DNA of 64,000 nucleotides. It comes from a virus. Lineage: Duplodnaviria; Caudoviricetes. The translations under genes were made by a program, and so were the position numbers. The stretch's first letter is position 1, and each line of letters begins with the position of its first letter. Positions 54,217 through 63,590 of the stretch are shown here, in pieces. The stretch is from positions 160,001 through 224,000 of the IMG/VR virus record IMGVR_UViG_3300037851_000141. One strand, 5' to 3'. The notes below the pieces were generated by a model. The model made no database searches. It saw only the letters and a list, made by a program, of their open reading frames with translations, and had not been told where the DNA came from.

Positions 54217-55878
54217 TTATTTACTTGCGATTGGTAAATATCTAAACGCAACTTCCAGAGCCAATGTATAGTAGCAATGATTTAGGATTCTTGAAGTATC
54301 TCCACCATGAAATGATTGTTTCTCAAAAGGCCAAGAACCATCTAAACAGTCTGCGGTCTTGAATTGAGTATCGATGACCCACTTGACATAACCAGTTTCT
54401 TCATCAGCCCACTTCTTCCAATGTTCTCCGTTATACATGAATGCCGATAATGATGCGTAATATAGGGCATAACTGTTGGTCTTATATTTACCACCAACAA
54501 GCCAACGTTCAGTCATATCATTCATCATAGTGTCAAGTAATATGTCTCCCTGTTTATAGCTAAGAAATACCGCACATAATGAACCTACGAAACTAAGGTG
54601 GTCTTTAGAGACTTTACCATCAACTGACCAAGTATAAGGGAATACAGATTTACCATATGGATCAAGTTTCTCATAACCAGGATTAGCAGCCTTCCAAGCC
54701 TTCTCAACCCAAACTTTTGTACCATCAAGAGCGCCTTTAGTGTCAATTCCTGCGGCTTTTGCTGACTTCAAACAAAGACAATTCCAGCCTGAGACACTTG
54801 AATCCATGCGATTAGGGTTAGCATTTACATAATCCCAAGCAAGACCAGCATAAGCTTGATCCGCAGCATTTGGGTCTTTTACTTGTCTACTGATAATGAT
54901 ATTGACTGCTTTTTCTAATGGCTCTTTTAGTTCTGGGTCATTTGTCATTCCATATGCTTCTGCGAGTGCCATTGTACAAATTGGATGTTCGTAATTTCTA
55001 TTTCCAATAAGTCCATCTGGCTTTTGTACAGCTAATAACCAACTGATACCAGTTTTTATGGAATTGCGATATCTACTCATTTGTTTATGTGTATATCCAG
55101 CCCCAAGGAAACACAATAATGAATATCCTGTCATAGCTTCATCGGCACCATTTACATTTTTTCCAGGTTCGCATTGATTGCCATCTTTACAGTTTGTGAA
55201 ATAGTTGTCAGAATCCCAACTTCCATTTTCAGATTGATGTTTTTGTAACCAACGTAGCGCAGCATCTATAGCACTTGTAGCTCCAGACGCATTCTTTGGG
55301 CCATATTTACTTCTCATTTTTGTCTTATCACCACCGGGTTTGCGCCATCCCCAAGCACCAGATCCGCCTCCACCCACACCCATAACCATAGCAAACCCTT
55401 GCCCACCAGCCTCGCTAAATGCTTTGGCTTCTTCTCTTCCATTTACTGAATTATCATCGGTTACATCTTCTCTTTCCATAGTATCATCGATTGCCATGTC
55501 TGGAACAATAACAGTCATTTCATCTTTTATATTCTTGTCATGTTCAACATTAGATATTTTTGGACGCTCAACCAATGCTCTTTCTTCAGTTTTATCAGGA
55601 GGAGGCGGTGGAATATCAATTTGTACTACTTGAATGGGCGGTTTGTCTTCAATCATTTGTTTGGCAAAATATACCATTGAAACAAGTAAAATCATTATGG
55701 CGTGTAAAGACAAAGAAATGCCCCAACCCGCGATGCCTCTTGCTTTTGATTCAGTATCATTTTCATCAAGATACTCGTTTATTTCATCAAATTCTTCTTT
55801 GACTTCATCTTTATTTTCGGTGTTTATAAGTGCCATAACCCTCTCCTTTAAGTCTGGTTGTGAATACGGTGCCTTCAT
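54217..55878 (-). CDS. membrane-anchored prenyltransferase/squalene-oxidase-repeat protein
   Basis: TM WGISLSLHAIMILL, Pro-rich linker, ALRWLQKHQSENGSW, WLLAVQKPDG QW-like repeats. Confidence 0.8.
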   Translation of the reverse strand: MKAPYSQPDLKERVMALINTENKDEVKEEFDEINEYLDENDTESKARGIAGWGISLSLHAIMILLVSMVYFAKQMIEDKPPIQVVQIDIPPPPPDKTEERALVERPKISNVEHDKNIKDEMTVIVPDMAIDDTMEREDVTDDNSVNGREEAKAFSEAGGQGFAMVMGVGGGGSGAWGWRKPGGDKTKMRSKYGPKNASGATSAIDAALRWLQKHQSENGSWDSDNYFTNCKDGNQCEPGKNVNGADEAMTGYSLLCFLGAGYTHKQMSRYRNSIKTGISWLLAVQKPDGLIGNRNYEHPICTMALAEAYGMTNDPELKEPLEKAVNIIISRQVKDPNAADQAYAGLAWDYVNANPNRMDSSVSGWNCLCLKSAKAAGIDTKGALDGTKVWVEKAWKAANPGYEKLDPYGKSVFPYTWSVDGKVSKDHLSFVGSLCAVFLSYKQGDILLDTMMNDMTERWLVGGKYKTNSYALYYASLSAFMYNGEHWKKWADEETGYVKWVIDTQFKTADCLDGSWPFEKQSFHGGDTSRILNHCYYTLALEVAFRYLPIASK

Positions 55879-56090
55879 AAAAGGATAAACGACATAAATA
55901 AGAATAGGTTCATCTTATTTTTAGGAGACGACTATGGATTGGCGAAAACTGATATCCGAAGAAAATAAAAAAGGAATAAAAGAAATAAAAATTGAAAATG
56001 GAAAAATTACTTTATATGTAGATCCAGCTTTTCTTCAACCAGTTAGAAGTAGTTTAAGAATGTTATATGAACAAATTAATATTAAACCAT

Positions 56091-56573
56091 TCATTCGTAT
56101 AGATATTTGTTAAGCGAGAATCTATCCTTAATCATATTACAAACAACATCATCGTCAATCTGTGTTATTTCTGGGATTAGTTTGGCGTATTCATCCCATA
56201 TATCTTTATGTTGTAGATTATCATAAGCTTTATTATATACAACACGGGTAATTCCAGCATTTATAATCAAACCAAGACACGAATGACACGGTTGATGGGT
56301 AATATAAATCGTACATCCACTGGTATCAAAAGGACAGTTAATTATTGAGTTAGGCTCTGCATGGATGACCCTTAAGTACTTGGCAGGCCGCTCCCATTTT
56401 TCTTTAGTTTCTTCTGTACCTTTAGGAAATCCGTTATATCCAGTACTTATTTGTCTACCATTTGGATGAACTATAACACACCCGACTTTAGTTGTTGGAT
56501 CTTTACTTAAATCATATGCCGTCATCCAAGCAAGACGAAGGTAATGTGTATCAATTGTTTTTTGATTAGGCAT
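56091..56573 (-). CDS. dCMP deaminase
   Basis: SKDP.TKVG, GYNG, HAE, PCHSC. Confidence 0.92.
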   Translation of the reverse strand: MPNQKTIDTHYLRLAWMTAYDLSKDPTTKVGCVIVHPNGRQISTGYNGFPKGTEETKEKWERPAKYLRVIHAEPNSIINCPFDTSGCTIYITHQPCHSCLGLIINAGITRVVYNKAYDNLQHKDIWDEYAKLIPEITQIDDDVVCNMIKDRFSLNKYLYE

Positions 56574-56877
56574 TTTCAGTTCCAGTTTGATTGTCAGAAT
56601 TATTATCTTCTTTACTTTTAACTATTGCTTCGTATTTTTTCTTGATATCAGCTTTAAGATCATCAGTCATCTCAACATTATCAATGAGCCAGTCTATTCC
56701 CGATTCTATAAAATGATCTAACGTGAATGCTGTTAAGTAATGAATTCTATCTTTTGTATTATAGTCAACGATAAATCCAAACCAATCAAATCTGGCTTTT
56801 TGGAATGGAACTATGAGATAATGTCCATATTTGAATGCTTTTTTCTGATTAGTTGGTTCTGCGTTGAATAATGTCAT
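56566..56877 (-). CDS. hypothetical protein
   Basis: Operon-coupled ORF. Confidence 0.6.
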   Translation of the reverse strand: MTLFNAEPTNQKKAFKYGHYLIVPFQKARFDWFGFIVDYNTKDRIHYLTAFTLDHFIESGIDWLIDNVEMTDDLKADIKKKYEAIVKSKEDNNSDNQTGTENA

Positions 56878-57368
56878 GTTCTTAGTTTGTTAATCCTATT
56901 TTGTACTTTGCGACGATCAAAGTTAGATAGACGATCAATAAATAGCATACCATCTAAATGATCGATTTCATGTTGACAAATAATAGCAAATAATCCATCA
57001 ACATCAATTTCTTTTTGTTCGCCAGTTATCGTTTGGTACTTTAATGTAAACTTGCTAAATCTTTTATTAAGACAAGAAACATCAGGAATTGATAAACAAC
57101 TCTCAGGATACATAATAATATCTTTTGGGTTTTCTATAACTGGATTGAAAAATACTTGGTCATATTTCTGTAATTCTGGTTTTGTTGATGGTGCTAATAC
57201 AAAGAATCTTTTCTGAATGTCTATCTGTGGGGCAGCTAAAGCAAACCCACATAGTTCTTGACAATATTTCTTCATTTCTTCGCATAATGGAATAAGATCA
57301 GGTGTGAAATCAATTACTGGTTCACTCTTTAGATATAATTTTAGGTTGGGATATTTTAGTAGATTCAT
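56874..57368 (-). CDS. def: peptide deformylase
   Basis: LAAPQI, ESCLS, QHEIDHLDG. Confidence 0.92.
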   Translation of the reverse strand: MNLLKYPNLKLYLKSEPVIDFTPDLIPLCEEMKKYCQELCGFALAAPQIDIQKRFFVLAPSTKPELQKYDQVFFNPVIENPKDIIMYPESCLSIPDVSCLNKRFSKFTLKYQTITGEQKEIDVDGLFAIICQHEIDHLDGMLFIDRLSNFDRRKVQNRINKLRT

Positions 57369-57450
57369 TTACATTATTATACCAGCCTATGATAAAATTT
57401 CAACAAGAATGTTATAATGAACGTATAAATAACTTACATAAGGAGTTATC

Positions 57451-57636
57451 ATGATTGAACTAAATAATAAAAAGTACTATACAACTAAAGAAGTATCTCA
57501 GAAATTGGGGCTACATTTTAGGACTATTCAAGGTTGGGTAAGTGCTGGTAAATTGATTCCACTAAAATTCGGACCTAAAAAATTCTATTACGATGAAGAA
57601 TCAATTGAAAAATGTTTAAGAGGAGAAAATAAGTGA
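57451..57636 (+). CDS. excisionase/MerR-like HTH protein
   Basis: YTTKEVSQKLGLHFRTIQGW; TATAAATA 57424-31, AGGAG RBS. Confidence 0.75.
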   Translation: MIELNNKKYYTTKEVSQKLGLHFRTIQGWVSAGKLIPLKFGPKKFYYDEESIEKCLRGENK

Positions 57637-59213
57637 AGATTATTGACAATGTTGAATATTATATACAAAATGACATTCCTAAATATTTTGATATATGCTT
57701 AGATGCTATTAGGAGTAGAATTCGAGATAAAAAATTATTGCCAAGTATCATCGTTGGTCGTAAAAATATGTATTCTAAAAATGATATAGAAACTTGCTTA
57801 AAAAATTATCCACTTATTTCTCTATGGACAACCGAGAAAGTAAAAGATATAGTTAGTAAAAAACATCCAAATATAAAGTTTCAAGAAAATTATGAATATA
57901 CGAAATTAGAAGATAAAATTTCTGTTACATGTTCTAAACATGGTTCTGTTCTAACAACAGTTTATAGATTATCCACTAAAGAATTTGGGTGTCCTGAATG
58001 TGGAAAAGAGGTTGGAAATAAACGAATGATGGAAACAATATCAATTTTAGTTGATGAGTTTATTGAATTAGCCAGAGAAAAACATGGCGATAAATTCCAA
58101 TATAATAAAGAAACATATTCCGGTTTATCTTATCCTATGGAAATAATTTGTCCTATTCATGGCTTGTTGAAAATAAAACCATCATCACATCTAAAAAAGT
58201 ATGGATGTAAATCGTGTTCCGGTGAAAATAATGTTAAAATAATGAATAAAGATAAAAGGTTAACACAAGAAACGTTTATCAATAGATGTAAACTTGCTCA
58301 TAATTGTTTTTATACCTATGAAAAAACTGTTTTTACAACTACGATCAATAAAGTGGTTATAACATGTCCAATACACGGGGATTTTATCCAAATATCATCA
58401 CATCATTTAAATGGGGTTGGTTGTCCACAATGCGCTTATAAGAATGTTAGCGATCAAAGAAGAAAAAGCCAAGAAGATTTTATTAAAGAATGTTTATTAA
58501 CTCATGGTAATAAATACGATTATAGTAAAGTCGTATATAAAGGTATTGATGAAAATGTTATAATAATATGTCCTCTTCACGGAGAATATCAACAAACTCC
58601 ATATAATCATCTTAAAAGCCATGGATGTCCAACCTGTGGATTCATAGTAGCAAAAAATGCTCAACGATCAAATGTTGAAGAATTTATAAAAAATGCCAGA
58701 TTAGTTCATGGTAAGAAATACGATTATAGTAAAGTTGTATATATAAATTGTGATACTAAAGTAGAAATAATTTGTAATAAACATAAAAAATCTTTTTTCC
58801 AATCACCATATTCACATCTTAAAGGAAATGGATGTCCAAGATGTTATAATAGAATATCAGCAATAGAAGAGATGTGGTTAGATCATTTACAAATACCAAA
58901 CGATAAAGAACATCGACAGGTAAGAATTCCATTATGTACTGGTAAATATATAATTGCTGATGGTTATATTCCAGAGACAAATACTGTATATCAATTTAAC
59001 GGCGATTATTTCCATGGTAATCCAAAATATTACAAACCAGAGAGATTTAATGTTGTTTGTAATAAAACCTACGGAGAATTATATAAAATTACATTAGAAA
59101 AAGAAGATATTATAAGAAAATCTGGATATAATTTAATTGTAATGTGGGAGCGGGATTATAGATTACAACTAAAATCAATTAATGGCAACAATCCTCGTAT
59201 TCATAAACGCTGA
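57633..59213 (+). CDS. DUF723-repeat homing-endonuclease-like protein
   Basis: Five HG.KY.Y..CP.HG..H..G.GCP.C repeats, C-terminal ADGY..QFNGDYFHG nuclease domain; inserted against the flanking orientation. Confidence 0.8.
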   Translation: MKIIDNVEYYIQNDIPKYFDICLDAIRSRIRDKKLLPSIIVGRKNMYSKNDIETCLKNYPLISLWTTEKVKDIVSKKHPNIKFQENYEYTKLEDKISVTCSKHGSVLTTVYRLSTKEFGCPECGKEVGNKRMMETISILVDEFIELAREKHGDKFQYNKETYSGLSYPMEIICPIHGLLKIKPSSHLKKYGCKSCSGENNVKIMNKDKRLTQETFINRCKLAHNCFYTYEKTVFTTTINKVVITCPIHGDFIQISSHHLNGVGCPQCAYKNVSDQRRKSQEDFIKECLLTHGNKYDYSKVVYKGIDENVIIICPLHGEYQQTPYNHLKSHGCPTCGFIVAKNAQRSNVEEFIKNARLVHGKKYDYSKVVYINCDTKVEIICNKHKKSFFQSPYSHLKGNGCPRCYNRISAIEEMWLDHLQIPNDKEHRQVRIPLCTGKYIIADGYIPETNTVYQFNGDYFHGNPKYYKPERFNVVCNKTYGELYKITLEKEDIIRKSGYNLIVMWERDYRLQLKSINGNNPRIHKR

Positions 59214-60134
59214 TAAATCAGTCCCGCCGGCATATGATATACCAGATTGAATACTTTGTTTGAGTTCAATCAAGAAGTCTTCCATATCACCATTGTAATC
59301 CATGATGACTTTTTTGCCTTCTACGTGTATCCTTTTTCCTTTTTTAGCTTGTTCCGACGCATTACCAAAATATACACACTTTTTATGACCATCTATTTCA
59401 ATTATTTCAGAACCACTTTGATTGTATCCGCAAAATAATGATCCAACCATTACCATTGTGGCTCCACATGCTAATGCTTTATTTATGTCACCAATCTCTC
59501 TAATTCCACCATCAGCTATAACAGGTTTTTTGGCTGTACTAACACACTCCAATAAACATGAAACTGTTGGTCGAGTAAAACCAGTCATAACCTTTGTCGT
59601 GCAAGCTTTCCCAGGGCCAATATGAACCCTACAGCAATCCGCGCCCCATTCCTCAATTTCTTGAACGGAATTTTTACACGCCATATTTCCAACAATCAAA
59701 AACGAATTTGGAAGATTAGTTTTTATAAAATCAATCATTATTTTTGTTTTTTCGGACCAAGCATGAGCGACATCAATTGTAATATAATCTGGATCTAATT
59801 TTTCTTCTTTTATTCTTTTTATTTGATCTTTTGATTCTTGATTTACGCCAACACTAATTGAGGTAAACAATTCAAGAGATTTCATTTTACGAAGAAACGA
59901 TACTTGATCATGATCGAATCGGTGCATTACGTAAAAGATATTTTTCTTAGCCAAAAACTCACAGGTATATTCATTTATAACTGCTGGCATGTTGGCTGGC
60001 ATTACCGGAACATCAAATTTTCTTCCACCGAAAACTACACTTGTATCACATTCACTTCTACTATTTACTACGCATTTATTAGGTACAAGATAAACGTCAC
60101 TATAGTTATATTCTCTGGTAATTTGACGGGTCAT
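59175..60134 (-). CDS. guaC: GMP reductase
   Basis: PANM, MHRF, IDVAH, GPGKACTT, IADGGIR, VEGK. Confidence 0.92.
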   Translation of the reverse strand: MTRQITREYNYSDVYLVPNKCVVNSRSECDTSVVFGGRKFDVPVMPANMPAVINEYTCEFLAKKNIFYVMHRFDHDQVSFLRKMKSLELFTSISVGVNQESKDQIKRIKEEKLDPDYITIDVAHAWSEKTKIMIDFIKTNLPNSFLIVGNMACKNSVQEIEEWGADCCRVHIGPGKACTTKVMTGFTRPTVSCLLECVSTAKKPVIADGGIREIGDINKALACGATMVMVGSLFCGYNQSGSEIIEIDGHKKCVYFGNASEQAKKGKRIHVEGKKVIMDYNGDMEDFLIELKQSIQSGISYAGGTDLSAFMNTRIVAIN

Positions 60135-60529
60135 GATTTCTCCTTGCTTCGGTAGATTATTTTTTCTTGTTGTGGGTCATATACCATCTCAAATGAACCT
60201 TCTTCACAGAGATGATTAAGGACTTTGGTTACAATTTCATTGGTCAACTTAATAACAAATTCTTCATAACCAGAATAAGATATTATGAATTCTCCATCAT
60301 CATTTTTGGGGAAGAAGCAGTTTATAAATTGGTTAAACTCAGTTAAATCATATATATTGAATACTTGTTCATCTTCGTATGTATCGACAATATTTGGTTT
60401 AATGTCAATATCAACACCCATTTCATTTACTTTTTCATATAGAATCTTAATTGACCAGCGTATGGATTTAGCAGCAAACTCTGGTATGTTCTGCTTTGGT
60501 AATAAAAAGTATTCTTGTTCGTCGTTCAT
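60131..60529 (-). CDS. hypothetical protein
   Basis: Operon-coupled ORF. Confidence 0.65.
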   Translation of the reverse strand: MNDEQEYFLLPKQNIPEFAAKSIRWSIKILYEKVNEMGVDIDIKPNIVDTYEDEQVFNIYDLTEFNQFINCFFPKNDDGEFIISYSGYEEFVIKLTNEIVTKVLNHLCEEGSFEMVYDPQQEKIIYRSKEKS

Positions 60530-60562
60530 GCGAGAACAATTATACCAACTTTTAGTCAGACT

Positions 60563-61147
60563 TCAATCTAAAATTCCGAATCCCAATTTATCTTTGGTTA
60601 ACTCAGATTTTTTCTCAAATATATGTTTATGTGATTGATCTGAAACAACATGTATATTTAGTTTAACTTTTATTCTATGGATACGTTGGTTGAATTTAGG
60701 TATAGATGAACCTTGGTATCCTTCATAAAGAGTTATATGTGGTTTATATGTTGGATAATCACTTGGAGAATAATTTCCGACATTTGTTAACCAAGAATTG
60801 ACCTTATTGAACCAGTTATGTATCTCATCAGAGTCGAGGGCGAAGACAAGGCATTTATCATCACCAAGGATCTTAAAATTTGATGTAAATGCTGTAATTT
60901 CAGGTAGTTGTATTGTATTTAGCCATTCGAGGAATAAGTCTGGCGTTTGTCCAAGTTGTAATCTGACATAGCGTATAGTTGCGTGGAAGTCATCTTTAGG
61001 TTGTGGTTTAGCTTCCTTAAATTGTTCTGGATACATTTCTTTTAAGGTTTCTTGTACTTCTTCCAAACAAGCCGAGAATTCTGGATAAACCATATAGCAG
61101 AAATTTCGTTTAGTTTCTTCATTAATAAGATATTGTTTGAAGGTCAT
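60563..61147 (-). CDS. 2H phosphoesterase (T4 57B/Acb1-like fold)
   Basis: FHATI and PHITL motifs; MTFKQYLINE leader. Confidence 0.78.
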   Translation of the reverse strand: MTFKQYLINEETKRNFCYMVYPEFSACLEEVQETLKEMYPEQFKEAKPQPKDDFHATIRYVRLQLGQTPDLFLEWLNTIQLPEITAFTSNFKILGDDKCLVFALDSDEIHNWFNKVNSWLTNVGNYSPSDYPTYKPHITLYEGYQGSSIPKFNQRIHRIKVKLNIHVVSDQSHKHIFEKKSELTKDKLGFGILD

Positions 61148-62106
61148 ATAGAATCATCCGAGAAAATATTGTACAGTTTTTTATTTAGTTTTTCGTAGAT
61201 AAACTCTTCTTCCAGTTCATAGTTTATATCTAATGCTTTAAGTGCTATTTCAACTTCAGAGAGACATTCATTTCTTCCACCGCCACATAGTTTAACGTGC
61301 CCTGATACCATATTTTTTAACTTAAACATTAAATCAGGTAAATTGATATTGTCATCAGCAAATTCTAAAAGTTCTCTTAAATGAGGTTTATCGTATTCTT
61401 TTACAAAATTATCCCACATTTTTGATTCTGTTATATCTCGACTATCATATATTTTATTTTTATACATGAATTTCACCAATAGAACAATATCATCTACATC
61501 AATCCCAGAATCCATACAATATCTAAAGAAAGCATAACCTTTATCGAAGAATGTTATATTATCTAAGTAATCTGCGTTTAATCCTTTTTCAATATACCAA
61601 TTCATTAATTCGGTTTCTTCAATCATATCCAAAGTTTCTTTACCATTATATAAGACAACTATATTAGTATTTGATTCAAGTTCTTCGTTTATTTTATTCA
61701 TAAGGTCATATACGTCAAATGATATGTATTTTTTATATTCTGGTTGGATATCTACTAAAATGTGGGTATAAGATTGTTTTTCATTTATTTCGGTATTAAA
61801 TATTTCTACTATTTTATTGGTGAGGATTCGTTTTCTTTCTACATTTTGAGTTGCTTCGTCAAAAAGTATATCCCAGATTGGTTTACCTTTGACATCGGTA
61901 TTCATTAGATATTCGCCGGGGTTTGATGCTGGCCTAATATCTTTTGTTTCATCCATATATGCTTTGATGACCGTATAATCTTCCCCGTTATAAATGGCAG
62001 ACGTTTCGGCATGTTCAAGTGCGAAACGTTCAGATGGGGTTACATAGTCATCTTTACGGAATATTGGTTCAGTATTTTTCGGTAAAGCCCTGTAAATAGT
62101 TTTCAT
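61144..62106 (-). CDS. hypothetical protein, C-terminal isochorismatase-like fold
   Basis: LVDIQPEY and LCGGGRNECL. Confidence 0.6.
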   Translation of the reverse strand: MKTIYRALPKNTEPIFRKDDYVTPSERFALEHAETSAIYNGEDYTVIKAYMDETKDIRPASNPGEYLMNTDVKGKPIWDILFDEATQNVERKRILTNKIVEIFNTEINEKQSYTHILVDIQPEYKKYISFDVYDLMNKINEELESNTNIVVLYNGKETLDMIEETELMNWYIEKGLNADYLDNITFFDKGYAFFRYCMDSGIDVDDIVLLVKFMYKNKIYDSRDITESKMWDNFVKEYDKPHLRELLEFADDNINLPDLMFKLKNMVSGHVKLCGGGRNECLSEVEIALKALDINYELEEEFIYEKLNKKLYNIFSDDSI

Positions 62107-62744
62107 TTTTTATCTGGAAACTCTGGTTCATTTTTCTTTTCTGGCTTGACGAATTTATGTTCTTTGCGGAGTTGTTCTACGGTTTTTTCGGCACCAGTTT
62201 TCTTACTTGCGTCTGGTGTGTCTTTTGCTGCTCTCTTGAATTCTTTACCACTGACTTCAGATATTTTATCCATTACGTCTCTGAGATTTGTAAGAGCGGC
62301 TTTATCTTCATCCGCCAGTTTTTCTTTATTTGGAGAGTTTGTACCTACTGCGCCAAGGAACCAAAATGGAACATCATCTTGTATTTTTTCCCATTCAGCT
62401 TTTACTTTTTTCATATCTGGAGATTTAGAATCAAGTTCAGCTTGGATCACATCAATGGCATCAGTAAATGTTGATTTTAGTCCGTGTTTATGAGCTAGAC
62501 GCTTTAAAGCAACCCAATCAATAGCATTTTCTAAGATTGATTCGTCTTCGGTGTCAAGAGCGCCCAGGAGAGCCTTTATATGTTGACGATATTTCTCCAT
62601 AGGATGTCCACCTGGAGTTTCTGACCCTTTACCATTTTTGTCAGTTTCCCAATCGTGCATGCGAGCGGGGGTTGGTTGCTTATTTTCTGGAAGATTCTTT
62701 GTAAATCCGAACTTCTCATTTAAGATTTCTTCGATTTTTGACAT
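62103..62744 (-). CDS. putative internal head protein
   Basis: TATAAATA (minus) 62767-74, AGGAG RBS, ILNE leader. Confidence 0.65.
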   Translation of the reverse strand: MSKIEEILNEKFGFTKNLPENKQPTPARMHDWETDKNGKGSETPGGHPMEKYRQHIKALLGALDTEDESILENAIDWVALKRLAHKHGLKSTFTDAIDVIQAELDSKSPDMKKVKAEWEKIQDDVPFWFLGAVGTNSPNKEKLADEDKAALTNLRDVMDKISEVSGKEFKRAAKDTPDASKKTGAEKTVEQLRKEHKFVKPEKKNEPEFPDKK

Positions 62745-62790
62745 ATGATAACTCCTGGGCTAATTGTATTTATATATTTAGGATAACAAA

Positions 62791-62823
62791 ATGACCCAAG
62801 AGATTTTATCCTCCTGGGTCATT
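62791..62823 (-). terminator. terminator hairpin
   Basis: AATGACCCA/TGGGTCATT. Confidence 0.6.
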
Positions 62824-62845
62824 AAGTGGATATAAACTTAAGTTA

Positions 62846-63517
62846 TTATGCTTGGTAGATTACGATCTTATCAGTAAACACAGCATAACGAACATTTTTA
62901 GTGAGATTAGCTTGGGTCAGGGTCATCTTACGGACTCGGCAACCCTTTGAAGCCTTCATTTGGATAACATCTGGTTGGGTGCTGACGGTGATGCTATTTG
63001 GATGAATCTTGACGAAAACAGTCTTATCAAGCAAGTTAGATGAGATAAGGACTGCCAGAGGAATTTCAATTGCGCCATCTGACCGGATTTTCGCTGGAAC
63101 ATCAAGTTGTGCGCCAGGGATGCCAGTAGAATACGGTTGAGTATCCACATTTGATTGCTGGTGCGGCTGTGGTGCTTGTTGAGGCTTGGTAGCAACCTTA
63201 TTTCGTTGAGTATAGTTATCTGGATTGAAGCCGATTGGGTGATAGAGACGAGCATGAGCCGGTCCGCTATTAGTCACCACTTCTATATCAGTGTGAGTCC
63301 AGTCACCAAGAAGATTATTGACTGAAGCATTGAAAATAGGCTTGGCTACCTCATGAACGTCCCGATGGCGAACAAAGGGACCACCATCATTCTTCACCTT
63401 TTCAGATATATCAAGAATAGTAAAAGGTTCATCAGACTGTATTGAATCGACAAATGCTTCCATTACTCGTTCAATGAGTTCTGATACAGTATGGGTTTGG
63501 GTTGCTTGGTTGGTCAT
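62846..63517 (-). CDS. hypothetical protein
   Basis: Long ORF with host-like codon usage. Confidence 0.7.
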   Translation of the reverse strand: MTNQATQTHTVSELIERVMEAFVDSIQSDEPFTILDISEKVKNDGGPFVRHRDVHEVAKPIFNASVNNLLGDWTHTDIEVVTNSGPAHARLYHPIGFNPDNYTQRNKVATKPQQAPQPHQQSNVDTQPYSTGIPGAQLDVPAKIRSDGAIEIPLAVLISSNLLDKTVFVKIHPNSITVSTQPDVIQMKASKGCRVRKMTLTQANLTKNVRYAVFTDKIVIYQA

Positions 63518-63590
63518 ATGACACCTGTGCTTTCTATGTGCTGGTGTTGTTGGGTTTATTGTACCCAGGGTTTGATGATTGTCAAGAACA

